From Patescibacteria group bacterium (GTDB lineage: Bacteria; Patescibacteriota; UBA1384; JACPKC01): a stretch of 64,000 nucleotides of DNA. How positions within the stretch are numbered: position 1 is the first letter of the stretch; each line of letters begins with the position of its first letter. Shown piece by piece: positions 53,821 to 64,000 of this stretch. A model generated the notes under the pieces. It ran no database searches. It was not told the origin of the DNA and saw nothing but the letters and a program-made list of their open reading frames with translations. The translations under genes and the position numbers were made by a program. The stretch is taken from positions 1,304-65,303 of the forward strand of contig JBMNRW010000004.1 of the NCBI GenBank assembly GCA_050944875.1. The letters run 5' to 3'.

Positions 53821-55195
53821 AGGTAACCTCACTACCATTATCCTGGCGAGGCTTCATGTACGGGAATAGCATCGCCTCACGGAGCGACTCAGCGCCAGTC
53901 AGTACGGTCACGAGGCGGTCGATCCCCACGCCGAGCCCAGCGGCTGGCGGCATACCGTACTCCAATGCCTCGATGAAATCGGTATCGATGCGCTGCGCCT
54001 CGTCATTACCCGTTGCTCGTTCACGCTCTTGCTCGAGGAACCGTTCGCGCTGCTCTTCGTGATCATTGAGCTCAGAGTAGCCCTTTGCGAGCTCAACACC
54101 CGTAATGACGAGCTGGAACGACTCGACGACAGTAGGATCCGTGGCACTGCGCTTCGCGAGCGGAATGAGTTCTGCTGGGTGATTTGTCACGAACGTTGGC
54201 TGAATAATCTGCTTAACCCCCGACTTGAACGCTGCGTCGTCGCGGCCCCCGCCACTCACCTCGAGGAACGTCCGACGTGCGAAGGGCTGCGCAAAGTCGA
54301 TGGTGTGGCCAGCAATGGTGAGCGTCTCTGTGCCAAACGCCTCATTCACGACGCGTCGGATAAGCACCTCGAGGGACTGCATCATATCCTCGTAATCCCA
54401 GTACGCCGCATAGACCTCAATCTGGGTGAACTCTGGGTTGTGTGTCTGATCAGCCCCCTCGTTGCGGAAACACCGAGCAAACTCGAAGACCCGCTCAAAC
54501 CCACCGACGAGCAGTCGCTTCAGGTAGAGTTCGGGCGCGATCCGGAGATACACATCCGCGTCGTACGCGTGGTAGTGCGTCGTGAATGGCCGAGCAGACG
54601 CCCCACCTGGAATCGGCTGGAGGATCGGCGTATCAACCTCGAGGAAGCCGTGCTCGACGTAGTAGGCCCGGATCGCTTGGATAATCGCGCTGCGCTGACG
54701 GAACCGTTCAGCTACCTCATGGTTACTCAGTAGGTCCAGGTAGCGACGACGGAACCGCTCTTCGACGTTCTCCAGCTCTTGCCAGGATCGAGGAAGTGGT
54801 CGGATCGCCTTGGCTAACACGCGATAGTCGCGCACAAAGACCGTCGGCTCGCCAGACTTTGTCTCGCTGACTGTCCCGGTTGCAACGACGAAGTCGCCGG
54901 GATCAAGCAGTTTAAGTGTCGCGAACGACGTCTCGCCGAGTACGTCAGCCTTCCAGTAGACCTGCATCGTGCCGCTCTCGTCGGCGAGGTCGCCAAACAC
55001 AGACTTCCCGTGTTCCCGCAGAGATGTTAAGCGGCCGGCAACCGTGACCTCACGCTCCCGTTCCACTCGCGCAGCAGCGATTGTCGCCGACCGACCCGTG
55101 GTGGCAGGAAAAGGTGTCGAACCAAGCGCGCGCAACGCTGCGAGCTTCTCGCGCCGGTCGTTCAACATGTGGTCGAGTCGGGTACCTTCGCTCAT
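53813..55195 (-). CDS. lysS: Lysyl-tRNA synthetase (class II)
   Basis: RRRYLDL, GGASARPF, YLRIAPELYLKRL, FRNEG, HNPEFT, YGMPP..G.GIDR. Confidence 0.97.
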   Translation of the reverse strand: MSEGTRLDHMLNDRREKLAALRALGSTPFPATTGRSATIAAARVEREREVTVAGRLTSLREHGKSVFGDLADESGTMQVYWKADVLGETSFATLKLLDPGDFVVATGTVSETKSGEPTVFVRDYRVLAKAIRPLPRSWQELENVEERFRRRYLDLLSNHEVAERFRQRSAIIQAIRAYYVEHGFLEVDTPILQPIPGGASARPFTTHYHAYDADVYLRIAPELYLKRLLVGGFERVFEFARCFRNEGADQTHNPEFTQIEVYAAYWDYEDMMQSLEVLIRRVVNEAFGTETLTIAGHTIDFAQPFARRTFLEVSGGGRDDAAFKSGVKQIIQPTFVTNHPAELIPLAKRSATDPTVVESFQLVITGVELAKGYSELNDHEEQRERFLEQERERATGNDEAQRIDTDFIEALEYGMPPAAGLGVGIDRLVTVLTGAESLREAMLFPYMKPRQDNGSEVTYA

Positions 55196-55234
55196 TACAG
55201 GAGTAATCGTACCACAACACCGGGAGAGACAACA

Positions 55235-55263
55235 ACGGAGGCGAGCAGTACGCTCGCCTCCGT
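55235..55263 (-). terminator. Hairpin terminator after greA
   Basis: acggaggcgagc-agtac-gctcgcctccgt. Confidence 0.7.
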
Positions 55264-55278
55264 GTCTGTGAGTACTAC

Positions 55279-55740
55279 TTACGCAACCTTGGTAATTGTG
55301 TAACTCGTCGTACCAGTCGGCGTTCGCACCTCGACGGTATCACCAGACGCGTGATTGAGGAGCGCCTTCCCAACAGGTGACTCGGCCGAGAGCTTCCCCT
55401 GGAGCGGATCGCCCTCATTCGCCCCAACAAGCTCGTACACCGTCGTTTTGCCCTTCGACTCAACGGTGACGGTCGAACCGATTTGCACTACGGCTGACCC
55501 TGCTTTCGGCGCCACAACTTCCGCGTGCCGGAGCATCGCCTCGAGCTCCCCAATTCGACCTTCGATGAACGCGAACTGCTCGCGGGCGTCTTGGTAGTCT
55601 GCGTTCTCCGAGAGATCCCCGAGCTCACGAGCTGCCGCCATCCGCTTCACGGTCTCTGGACGGTCTGCAGCCCTGAGCTTCTCGAGCTCCGCTTCGATCT
55701 TCTTCAAGCCCTCTTCAGTCACTTGGTGCTTCTGCGCCAT
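55279..55740 (-). CDS. greA: Transcription elongation factor
   Basis: GDLSENADY, SAESPVGKAL. Confidence 0.97.
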   Translation of the reverse strand: MAQKHQVTEEGLKKIEAELEKLRAADRPETVKRMAAARELGDLSENADYQDAREQFAFIEGRIGELEAMLRHAEVVAPKAGSAVVQIGSTVTVESKGKTTVYELVGANEGDPLQGKLSAESPVGKALLNHASGDTVEVRTPTGTTSYTITKVA

Positions 55741-55816
55741 AAGATCCTTTCGCGATTCACCCCTCGATTAAGAGGTGAGTATACGGACGCCTATCTTCGG
55801 GGTCAAGACGGAGAAA

Positions 55817-57676
55817 CTACTGGCGCAGCTCAGCAGGACGAGAGAAGTACCACTGCAGCACCTCCTCAGCGACTGGGACAGCGATCTCATTCCCTGCTCC
55901 ACTCCCTTCGAGCAAGACGGTCATTACCACCTCGGGCGACTCATACGGCGCAAAGCCCGTCCACCAGGCGTGCGTTTTCCCCTCAGCACCGAACTGCGCT
56001 GTCCCAGTCTTGCCGGCGCTCGTCACCGGGAGCGACTGCAAACGACGGGACGATCCGGTCAGCACCCCTTCGCGCATTCCTTCCCGCACCAGGTCGAGCG
56101 CTTCGCTCTTTACGTCGACCGGTGGAAGCTCAGCAGTCGCCCTACCTGCCACGAGCGTCGGTGTAACTGCTCGTCCGCGGTTCGCCACGGTTACGATAGA
56201 CTGGGCGATCTGGAGCGGCGTAACGAGGAAGTCGCCTTGGCCAATCGAGAGGTGGTACGTGTCGCCGAGATACCAAGGTTCTTTCTTCACCTCCTGCTTC
56301 CACTTCGGCGTGGGAACGAGTCCCCGTACCTCTCCGGGAAGGTCAATCCCCGTCCGCTCCCCGAATCCGAAGAGCTGGAGGTAGTGAATGAGGCGCTCGG
56401 CTCCGAGCCCACGGATGTGCTCCCAGCCGCCGCCAATCGCGTAAAAGAACACGTTGGACGATACCGCGATCGCCTTCTTCACGTCCGTGAGACCATGTAC
56501 CTTCCAGTCTGGGAAAACGAAGTCGCCAATTCGGATCTCACCCGGTGCCTGGATCGTCGTACTCCGAGTAATGACGTCGTCGTTTAGCGCCCCTGCAGCA
56601 ACAATTGGCTTCACCACTGAGCCAGACGGATACGTGCCGCCAATAACGCGGTTCGTGAACAGCGATCGTTCGTCACGGAGGAGCTCCTCGTACCGCTCGC
56701 GGCTCATCGGTGCCGTAAACTCATTCGCGGGGAAATCAGGCAGACTGACGAGCGCCAAGACCTCGCCAGTACTCGGTCGCTCGATGACTGCGGCACCGGC
56801 AGTTGACCCGAGCTCAGTAAGCTTCGCCGCAAGCACTTCGGCAAGTTTACGCTGGAGCGCTGCGTCGATCGTGAGCTTGAGGGTTTCACCTGGCATAGGC
56901 GGCTGGACGCCAATGACCCGCTGGAGGTAGCCGCGCGAATCCACTTCGAACTGCTCCACCCCGGGCGTACCGTACAGTACCGCTTCATACTGCTGCTCGA
57001 TGCCGGTGCGTCCTACCATGCTCGATGGAGCGTACGTATCGTTTTCCCGAAGCTCTGCTTCGTTCACTTTGCCGGTATACCCGAGAACATGCGAGAACCC
57101 TGCACCCTCTGGGTAGCGACGGCGGGCGCGATCGACAACGCGGACACTCGGTAAGTCGCGCACCTGCACCTTGTACAAGAGCGACTCCTCGTGCGAGAGG
57201 CCCGCCTTGAGAGCGATGGGTTCGAGCGAGAGGAGTCCGTTTGTCTCGACGCGAGCGACGATATCGGCCGACGAGAGGTTGACGAGCTCAGCAATCCGCG
57301 CGTAGGCAGCTTCCCGGTCCGCCTTCGCTCGCGGCAGGTCGGCAGGCGTAAGCTCAAGGACGAACTCGGGCGTGTTCGTCGCCAGCTCTTCACCGTACCG
57401 ATCAACGATCACACCTCGCGGCGGCAACAGCTCTCGGTTACGGATGCGATTCCCCTCGGCGAGCAGCTGATTGCTCGCGCCGTGCGTTACCTGGAGGGAG
57501 ATGAGTCGGTACCCAAGTACCCCAACCAGGACGAGGACGAGCGCAACAAAGGGAAAGAGTGAAACACGGGGCACCGATTCTTCAAGTACGGGTGCATCGT
57601 CACCCTCAGTCCACGTAAACGTTCGGTCCACGTGCTCGACCCTCCCCAGTGCCCCATCTGGTCCGAACAGCGACAT
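55817..57676 (-). CDS. mrdA: Penicillin-binding protein 2
   Basis: PRGVIVDRYG, SVVK, SSN, KTGT. Confidence 0.95.
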   Translation of the reverse strand: MSLFGPDGALGRVEHVDRTFTWTEGDDAPVLEESVPRVSLFPFVALVLVLVGVLGYRLISLQVTHGASNQLLAEGNRIRNRELLPPRGVIVDRYGEELATNTPEFVLELTPADLPRAKADREAAYARIAELVNLSSADIVARVETNGLLSLEPIALKAGLSHEESLLYKVQVRDLPSVRVVDRARRRYPEGAGFSHVLGYTGKVNEAELRENDTYAPSSMVGRTGIEQQYEAVLYGTPGVEQFEVDSRGYLQRVIGVQPPMPGETLKLTIDAALQRKLAEVLAAKLTELGSTAGAAVIERPSTGEVLALVSLPDFPANEFTAPMSRERYEELLRDERSLFTNRVIGGTYPSGSVVKPIVAAGALNDDVITRSTTIQAPGEIRIGDFVFPDWKVHGLTDVKKAIAVSSNVFFYAIGGGWEHIRGLGAERLIHYLQLFGFGERTGIDLPGEVRGLVPTPKWKQEVKKEPWYLGDTYHLSIGQGDFLVTPLQIAQSIVTVANRGRAVTPTLVAGRATAELPPVDVKSEALDLVREGMREGVLTGSSRRLQSLPVTSAGKTGTAQFGAEGKTHAWWTGFAPYESPEVVMTVLLEGSGAGNEIAVPVAEEVLQWYFSRPAELRQ

Positions 57677-57683
57677 CTCCCTC

Positions 57684-58151
57684 CTACAAGCGCAACCCGG
57701 CGCGCTTCGTACTCGTCGCGTGCGACACCGCTAGCACGGCGGGAAATACCAGAACTCCTGCAGCCACTGCGTCTCGAACCCACTGCCCCCACGCACTCAC
57801 ACGAAGAGCGATCACGGACTCCGCACACGCCACGAGTCCAGCCGCGAGCAACGCGTAGCCCCAGACTGGGACATCATGGATGACCCGCCGTAACGCGAGG
57901 ATGAGTCCGCCGTACCCGAAGAGCAGTGGTAGCGTCGTCATGCCGAAACGGACCGAGAGGAGGCCGTCCAGAACCAAGCCACCGGTTATGAGCCAGACAA
58001 GCCCGAGTTCGTACTTCTCGAGCATTGCAAAGACGATGAGCCCCGCGGCGATGAGGTGGGGTGTGCTGCCAAAAAACGGCCACGCTCCGAGTACCTGGAC
58101 CTGAATGGTAACTGTGGCAATCGCTAGGAGTGCGACGGCGAAGCGCACCAT
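57684..58151 (-). CDS. mreD: Rod shape-determining membrane protein
   Basis: Hydrophobic ORF between mreC and mrdA; GGLVLDGLL..FG. Confidence 0.75.
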   Translation of the reverse strand: MVRFAVALLAIATVTIQVQVLGAWPFFGSTPHLIAAGLIVFAMLEKYELGLVWLITGGLVLDGLLSVRFGMTTLPLLFGYGGLILALRRVIHDVPVWGYALLAAGLVACAESVIALRVSAWGQWVRDAVAAGVLVFPAVLAVSHATSTKRAGLRL

Positions 58152-58927
58152 TACGGCGTCTCCTCGACCAATATGACCATGCGTTCAAGCATCCCGAATC
58201 GAATCGGACTCTGGACGACCGCCCGCTGCAAAATGTCAGAATCATCGGACGCGATCTCGCTCACAGTGCCCACTGGGATATCTGCTGGCACGATTCCCCC
58301 GAGCGCGCTCGTGAGCACCGCCTCACCGTGGAGCACCTTCACATCTGCCGGCAGGTCTCCGGCGACGATGCCCGCGAGGCCGCCTCGCAGAATACCCTGC
58401 GCCCGGGAGTCCGCGAGTACGACCGGTATAGCGGAAGACGCGTTGGAGAGCAGCGTCACTGTCGTCGTTCGTTCACCGACCTCGTTTGTCGTTCCAGCTA
58501 GGAATCCATCGACGAGGACCGCCAATCCGGGCCGCACCCCATCCTCCGCGCCAATGTCGAGCGTTAGCTCATCATGGAGCTTCGTTGGCGTCCTCAACAC
58601 CACGCGTCCTACCAGGAGCGTACCGCCATATGGCCGGGCAGCGTCGAACTGCTGCTTAGCCACCTCCTGCTGTCGCGCTTCCTCTCGGAGACGAAGTACC
58701 TCGCTCTCAAGCTCGCGATTCCTGGTCTCGAGCGAAATAACTGAACGGCGGAGATCCTGAATATCCCTCAGCGACCCAAAGAACCCCTTCGTCCGAACTG
58801 TCGCCGTCCCAACGCCCGCAGCCGTAGACTCTGTCGCCCGTAACCCATCCTTCAGCCAGAGCAGCCCGTCTGACCCGATCAGGAAGAGGATAACGACGAG
58901 GACGCCGAGCGCGTAGGCACGCCACAT
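58151..58927 (-). CDS. mreC: Rod shape-determining protein
   Basis: TM, coiled coil, LDIGAEDGV, LTSALGG.VP.DIPVG. Confidence 0.92.
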   Translation of the reverse strand: MWRAYALGVLVVILFLIGSDGLLWLKDGLRATESTAAGVGTATVRTKGFFGSLRDIQDLRRSVISLETRNRELESEVLRLREEARQQEVAKQQFDAARPYGGTLLVGRVVLRTPTKLHDELTLDIGAEDGVRPGLAVLVDGFLAGTTNEVGERTTTVTLLSNASSAIPVVLADSRAQGILRGGLAGIVAGDLPADVKVLHGEAVLTSALGGIVPADIPVGTVSEIASDDSDILQRAVVQSPIRFGMLERMVILVEETP

Positions 58928-58930
58928 GGA

Positions 58931-59980
58931 CTACACCTCCTGAACCGACTGAACGAGCACAGGACGGAGCGCGTCGAGATCCTCAAGGACAACTCCGGTA
59001 CCACGCACCACCGCAGTGAGCGGGTCCTCGGTAATGTGGATCGCCGTCCCCGTATGCTGTTGGATTAATCGGTCCAATCCCCGCAAGAGTGCGCCACCGC
59101 CAGCCAGCGCAATACCACGCACCATAATATCGGCGACGAGCTCAGGCGGTGTCTCCTCGATCGTATCCTTGATCGCAGAGACGATCTGCAGCACTGACTT
59201 ACTCAGCGCCCGGCGGATCTGCTCGTCATTCACCATAAGCTCCCGCGGTAGACCGGATACCAGATCTCGACCGCGGATCGGTACGACCTCGGGCTTTGAG
59301 CTGTACTGGAGCGCAGAGCCGATCTGGAGCTTGATGTCTTCGGCCATGCGGTCCCCGATAAGGAGCTTGAGCTCGTCGCGGGCGAATGACTTAATGTCTT
59401 CATTGAGCTCATCGCCAGCGATGCGGAGTGATCGACTCGCGACAATACCGCCGAGCGAGATCACCGCGACCTCTGTCGTGCCGCCGCCAATATCGACGAT
59501 AAAGCTGCCGCTCGGCTCCTGAATCGGTAGGCGGGCGCCGATAGCCGCCGCTACGGGCTCCTCGATGAGGTACACCTCACGTGCGCCAGCGTTGAGCGCA
59601 GCTTCCTCCACCGCACGTCGCTCTACCTCAGTCACGCCGTACGGGATTCCAACGACAATGCGCGTCCGAGAGAGAAAGCGGAAGCCGTGATCGGCGTGCA
59701 CCTTCGCAATGAAGTACTTGAGCATCTGCTCCGTGACTTCGTAGTCCGACACGACACCGTCGACAAGCGGACGCACAGCCACGATATGGGCTGGCGTACG
59801 ACCAACCATCTTTCTTGCATCGTCGCCGATCGCAAGGATTTGCTTCGTCCGCTGGTTCACCGCAACAACAGAGGGCTCATTGATGAGAATCCCTTTGCCA
59901 CGGATGTACACCAAGGTATTCGCCGTCCCGAGGTCAATACCGATATCGTGCGTCCCCCAGGAAAATAGCTTGTTGAGCAC
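58931..59980 (-). CDS. mreB: Rod shape-determining actin homolog
   Basis: IGIDLGTANT, EPSVVA, DIGGGTTE, GGGALL. Confidence 0.97.
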   Translation of the reverse strand: MLNKLFSWGTHDIGIDLGTANTLVYIRGKGILINEPSVVAVNQRTKQILAIGDDARKMVGRTPAHIVAVRPLVDGVVSDYEVTEQMLKYFIAKVHADHGFRFLSRTRIVVGIPYGVTEVERRAVEEAALNAGAREVYLIEEPVAAAIGARLPIQEPSGSFIVDIGGGTTEVAVISLGGIVASRSLRIAGDELNEDIKSFARDELKLLIGDRMAEDIKLQIGSALQYSSKPEVVPIRGRDLVSGLPRELMVNDEQIRRALSKSVLQIVSAIKDTIEETPPELVADIMVRGIALAGGGALLRGLDRLIQQHTGTAIHITEDPLTAVVRGTGVVLEDLDALRPVLVQSVQEV

Positions 59981-60040
59981 GCCGCCTCCACTTCTCTGTC
60001 GCACTGGGGAGCGTACCAGATCTCAGGCGCACCTCAAGGG

Positions 60041-61090
60041 TTAGCGGAGGTACTGTCGTTTATTTGCCGCGTGCTCAGCAAGCGTCCGCGCGAAGTGCGT
60101 GCGACCACTACTATCGCTCAGGAAGTAGAGGTACTCGTGCTCGGCCGGAGCAGCGGCGGCCTGGAGCGACGCCAACCCGGGGTTCGCGATCGGGCGGGGC
60201 GGAAGCCCAGTGTTGCGGTACGTACTGAATGGCGAATCGACACCCTGGTAGTCTGCAACCGTGATCGTCGGCCACCACTGCACCGCCCCACAGCTGGAGC
60301 GAGTACCTGTAGCAACAAGGAGGCACGCGGCATTTGCCTGGTTCGCCTTCGCGTACTGCACCGTGGGATCAGCATCGAGCGACATACCTGCATCAATCCG
60401 GTTCTGGTACACCCCCGCGATGAGCGGCCGGTCCTCATCGAACCTCGCCTCCCGCTCAACGATCGAAGCGAGGATGACGGTATCATACGTCAGCGTGAGT
60501 CCATCCGTACGACGCAGGAAGTTGGCGACAAATCTCCCGACTACCTCTGTGGCCGAGGAATCCAGGGCGAAGCGGTACGTGTCTGGGAAGAGGAATCCGT
60601 CCACGTACTCAGTGCCCGCAAGCTGGAGTCGAGCGACCAGTGCCGGGTAGGCGGCAACACTCGAGACAGCGGCGCCGAATGTGGCGCGATCAGTAACAAC
60701 CTCTTCCTGCACGAGGCGGTCAGCGATTTCTTCAGCCCGCCACCCCTCGGGGATCGTGACGCTGTTCTCCGCCACTTCGCCGTCAGCGAGCATCGAGAGG
60801 AGCTCACTAGGCGCTTGTGACGCTCGGAGCGAGTAGGTTCCTGGTTTCGCGACCACTCCTTGCACCCGTCCGAGCACAGTGAACCAGAACACCGACGGGA
60901 TGAGTGACTGTGCGCGTAAGTCGGTCGCGATCGTCTGCAGGGCAGCACCTTGCTCAACTCGCACAAGCACAGGCGCCGTCTCTTCGGCACTTACTGGACG
61001 CGCCGTCCCCCACCATGCCCAGACGAGCATCGCTGCGACGAGGAGCGCGAGGGTGCCGAGGAGCGCGAGTACGGTCAGCATTCGTCTCAT
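60041..61090 (-). CDS. mltG: Endolytic transglycosylase
   Basis: TIPEG, GFLFPDTY, ASIVERE, DPTVQY, GLPPRPIANPG. Confidence 0.95.
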   Translation of the reverse strand: MRRMLTVLALLGTLALLVAAMLVWAWWGTARPVSAEETAPVLVRVEQGAALQTIATDLRAQSLIPSVFWFTVLGRVQGVVAKPGTYSLRASQAPSELLSMLADGEVAENSVTIPEGWRAEEIADRLVQEEVVTDRATFGAAVSSVAAYPALVARLQLAGTEYVDGFLFPDTYRFALDSSATEVVGRFVANFLRRTDGLTLTYDTVILASIVEREARFDEDRPLIAGVYQNRIDAGMSLDADPTVQYAKANQANAACLLVATGTRSSCGAVQWWPTITVADYQGVDSPFSTYRNTGLPPRPIANPGLASLQAAAAPAEHEYLYFLSDSSGRTHFARTLAEHAANKRQYLR

Positions 61091-61455
61091 CGAACCTCCC
61101 GAATGTACTGCTCAAGGATCAGGCGCGCCGCCCGCGCATCGGTATCGCCGCCTTGACCCTCCTGCGCAAACTGTCGCTCGGCCTCCTTTGTCGTTAGTGC
61201 CTCATCAACGGCAAGGACAGGCACGCCTGCCGATGCCGTGAGCGCACTAAGGAGCGACGCGGTCTCTTGTGCGTACGTCGTGCCTACGAGAATGCGCTCA
61301 GCTTGGTACCGCCCGACGAGCTCACGCACTCTATCGAGCACCTGCGCAATGCCATCCGCACGAATCGTCGGGAGCTCAAGAACAAGCGCGCCACCAGTCG
61401 GATTGACGGCGGCCCCGATTCGCCTGACACCAAGATCGAGCGCGAGCATAACCAT
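61087..61455 (-). CDS. ruvX: YqgF/RuvX RNase H-like nuclease
   Basis: LALDLGVRRIGAA, VDEALTT, DARAARLILE. Confidence 0.9.
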   Translation of the reverse strand: MVMLALDLGVRRIGAAVNPTGGALVLELPTIRADGIAQVLDRVRELVGRYQAERILVGTTYAQETASLLSALTASAGVPVLAVDEALTTKEAERQFAQEGQGGDTDARAARLILEQYIREVR

Positions 61456-61467
61456 GGCTGCACCTAC

Positions 61468-63093
61468 CTACTTCCGTTCGAGCACGAGGTCGATCTGGGA
61501 GTACTGACGAGGAACGCTCCGTCGGAAACTCGGCCGAAGTGAAACGCCAGCGGATCGAATACCAGGTTGCGTCTTGAGTATCGCCTCCGCCTCAAGCTGC
61601 CCCTTGCCCGCGACGAGCGCCTTGAGTGCTCCTTCGTCAACTCGCTGGACTGACTCCGCCTCAACGTTCGCTTCAAGCGTCAGCGTTCCCTCGGCGTAGT
61701 TGGCGCGACGGACCGTTGTCTTTAGAGCATCATTGCCACGGAGCAACAGCTGCCGACCCTCGCCGAGCCGATGTTCGACGAGCGAGGTAACCATAGCACG
61801 GTACGCATCTGGCTCTGCCGCGATTGTCCGAGCGCGAACAGTCGCAGACACCTCGAACACCTCTGCCTCATCACCCGGTGCACGAGATACCGCCGGGTCA
61901 ATCGCTTCAACCTCTACCGCCCCCTCAACGAAGAGCGCGTCCTTCGCAGCCCCCTTGAGCTCGGCAATGAGTTCTGCTTTTGGCCGATCGGCGAGCGCCT
62001 GCTTCGCTTTGGCGACGTCCTCTTCGGTAACTACCTTGACCGTGCGGCTCTCGCCGCCAGAGAACGCTGCCGTGTTTGCGCCTGTCACTTTTTCCTGCTT
62101 CGCCGTGGTGAGACTTGCGACGACAAACTGCCCCGGACCCACATTCGCAGCGTCGCCCGGTTCCGCAGCTTCCACCTTGACCTCTGCTGTTCCCGGCGTC
62201 ACAGCGACGTTCCCCTTACTGTCAATCGTCGCTGTCGCGGCGGGGACCGTGACCGGAGCCATCGAGCGGAAGCGCAATCCGCCTCGGGTCAGTTCCGTTC
62301 CGGCCGGGAGGCTAAGCGTTTCACCGAGCCGGTTCGTAATCCCAACTGTGCCCGACGCTTTCGTTCCGACGTCTTTCGAGCCAGTCGCTGGGAACTGCTC
62401 CTTCACTGCCCGCTCCGCCTGAAGCTTCTGGCCAGGTACGTGACCTGTCTCGGTATTCGGCTGCTCAATGTTATTGTCGGCAATCACCTCGACGGTTTCT
62501 CGTACTGGATCTGTGGCGACGCCGAGGACGATCGTTGCGCGCGGGTACACGAAGAAAAACCAAGCGCCCCCACCCACCAGCGCAGCCATTAGCGCCCCTG
62601 CCAGGAGCCGACGCGACCGGCGCGGTGGCTTTGCCGCTGGCGGCGGCGTAGTTGACTGAGAAGTACCTAGTGGCTGTGGCACTACGGGTGTGGACGACAC
62701 TGCGCCTTCACTGGCGTCGTACCGACGGACCGGCACAGGACTCTCCGAATCCGAGACACCTTCTTCTGGTCGACTATCAACCTCGATGACATCGTCGATA
62801 TCGGGCTTTGGTGAGGTCGACGGTGTAATGGGCTTCGAATCAGTGACCGAGGAATACACCGGGATACCAGCCTGTGTCGCCAGGTGGATTCCCGTCGCGT
62901 CTTGCGTGACAAACGCGATGCGCTTCTTTAGTCGCTCCGCCTCTCGCTTCAGCAGCTTCACGTTCACCGCGCTCTGGACGAGCTGTGCGTTCTTCGGTAG
63001 CACGAGCGACACCGCCCGCGCGTCAGCACGCTTCAGCTTATCGACAACTGAGGTGATTTCCTCGTCTGGCTCTAAGTAGAGTACGTCGTCCAT
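61468..63093 (-). CDS. Single-pass membrane protein with baseplate-J-like extracellular domain
   Basis: YLEPDEEITSVVDKL N-domain, TM, KASGTV.I.N, LPAGT, EAAEPG..ANV, FSGG. Confidence 0.75.
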   Translation of the reverse strand: MDDVLYLEPDEEITSVVDKLKRADARAVSLVLPKNAQLVQSAVNVKLLKREAERLKKRIAFVTQDATGIHLATQAGIPVYSSVTDSKPITPSTSPKPDIDDVIEVDSRPEEGVSDSESPVPVRRYDASEGAVSSTPVVPQPLGTSQSTTPPPAAKPPRRSRRLLAGALMAALVGGGAWFFFVYPRATIVLGVATDPVRETVEVIADNNIEQPNTETGHVPGQKLQAERAVKEQFPATGSKDVGTKASGTVGITNRLGETLSLPAGTELTRGGLRFRSMAPVTVPAATATIDSKGNVAVTPGTAEVKVEAAEPGDAANVGPGQFVVASLTTAKQEKVTGANTAAFSGGESRTVKVVTEEDVAKAKQALADRPKAELIAELKGAAKDALFVEGAVEVEAIDPAVSRAPGDEAEVFEVSATVRARTIAAEPDAYRAMVTSLVEHRLGEGRQLLLRGNDALKTTVRRANYAEGTLTLEANVEAESVQRVDEGALKALVAGKGQLEAEAILKTQPGIRSAGVSLRPSFRRSVPRQYSQIDLVLERK

Positions 63094-63102
63094 ATACCTC
63101 CA

Positions 63103-64000
63103 CTATGCCCTGAGTGAGCCCAGAATGCGACCCATCAACCCGTCAGACACCGCCGATGGCCCAACAAGGTCGATCGCGAGGTTGGCCAGTGCCATTGGCG
63201 TAATGTCTTGCACGGTGTGGAGCTGATTCGTCGTGTCCCGAACCGTCACCACCTCCTCGGGCTTCAAGAAGTGTACGCTCGGCTTTCGGGCAAAGGGCAA
63301 CCCCTTGTACCAAGTCGATCCGTTCAAAGCCTCTGCGATGTCCGGTAAGTTACTGCCACCACCACAGAGAAGCACGCGCGACGGGAGGAGCTCGGCGTTC
63401 GTAAACTCAGAGAGTGTCAACTCGATGCCTGACAACCAAACGTCAATATCAGTCTCGAGCGTCTTCTTCACCTCGGCCGACTCACTCTTCGGCAACGTGC
63501 CGGCAGCGTACGCGAACTTTCGCTCCTCTGCCTCGGCAAACGAGAGGTCGAAACTCCCCATAATGCGCTTTGTGAACGCCCGACCGCCAAGCGCGAACAT
63601 CTTCGTCCCGACGAGCCCGCCGTTATTCACGACCGCCACATCTGACGTTCCGCCACCGATATCGATGAAAATCGCCGAGAACTCTGTCGACTCTTGCGGG
63701 CCGTTAATCCGGGCGACGGCGTACGGCTCAGCGGCGACGGAGAGTAGGTCGAGATCGAGCTCCTCGGCGATCGTCTGCAGGGCACCGAGGTGGACGATCG
63801 GGGCGAATGCCGAGTACACACCCACTTGCACTTCTCTTCCCTGGAACCCGAGCGGATTCGTAACTTTGTACCCGTCGATGCGGACATCGACGATCGCCGC
63901 ATTCACGAGGCGGACATCGATTTCAGCTTGGCCGGTCTCCCACGCCAAGAGGGAACGCGCCCGGTCGTGCGCACGACGCTGGACGTTCTCAATGATCTGC
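63103..64000 (-). CDS. FtsA/MreB-like actin-fold ATPase (5' end outside window)
   Basis: AEPYA, IDIGGGTSDVAV, GGRAFT, LCGGGS.LP. Confidence 0.85.
   Translation of the reverse strand, partial: QIIENVQRRAHDRARSLLAWETGQAEIDVRLVNAAIVDVRIDGYKVTNPLGFQGREVQVGVYSAFAPIVHLGALQTIAEELDLDLLSVAAEPYAVARINGPQESTEFSAIFIDIGGGTSDVAVVNNGGLVGTKMFALGGRAFTKRIMGSFDLSFAEAEERKFAYAAGTLPKSESAEVKKTLETDIDVWLSGIELTLSEFTNAELLPSRVLLCGGGSNLPDIAEALNGSTWYKGLPFARKPSVHFLKPEEVVTVRDTTNQLHTVQDITPMALANLAIDLVGPSAVSDGLMGRILGSLRA

Noticed and set aside
61468-63093. Prophage implied by the baseplate-J-like gene
   Set aside because: Flanked only by cell-envelope housekeeping genes and has a TM anchor

Overview
GC-rich bacterial chromosome segment whose gene content points to Patescibacteria (CPR); this is an inference from DUF5652, a CPR-type GT2, short UvrC and TsaB, and the FtsA-like/baseplate-J-like/ruvX/mltG/mreBCD block. 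Standard code 11. Housekeeping genes: uvrBAC, pgi, a full F1Fo atp operon, prsA/surA-like, LCP, tsaE/B, ruvB, ftsEX plus M23 peptidase, znuABC plus zur, nfo, secA, hpf, serS, lysS, greA, mrdA-mreDCB, mltG, ruvX, and six tRNAs. The most unusual part is three accessory units (about 231-930, 14572-17990 and 27013-28246). They share one promoter design (YTGACAAA, 17-nt spacer, TGn -10, 3 nt, GCGTT), densely hairpinned RNA, stem-sequestered Shine-Dalgarno sites and orphan ORFs. One begins with a ~880-nt ORF-poor, highly structured candidate ncRNA. Also seen: a tRNA-Gly nested between the halves of a second tRNA-Gly, a tRNA-Asp-linked mini-element, many leaderless-type promoters, G-run frameshifts in orphan genes, and several apparent pseudoenzymes. 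All structures were identified by eye; no folding or database searches were run.
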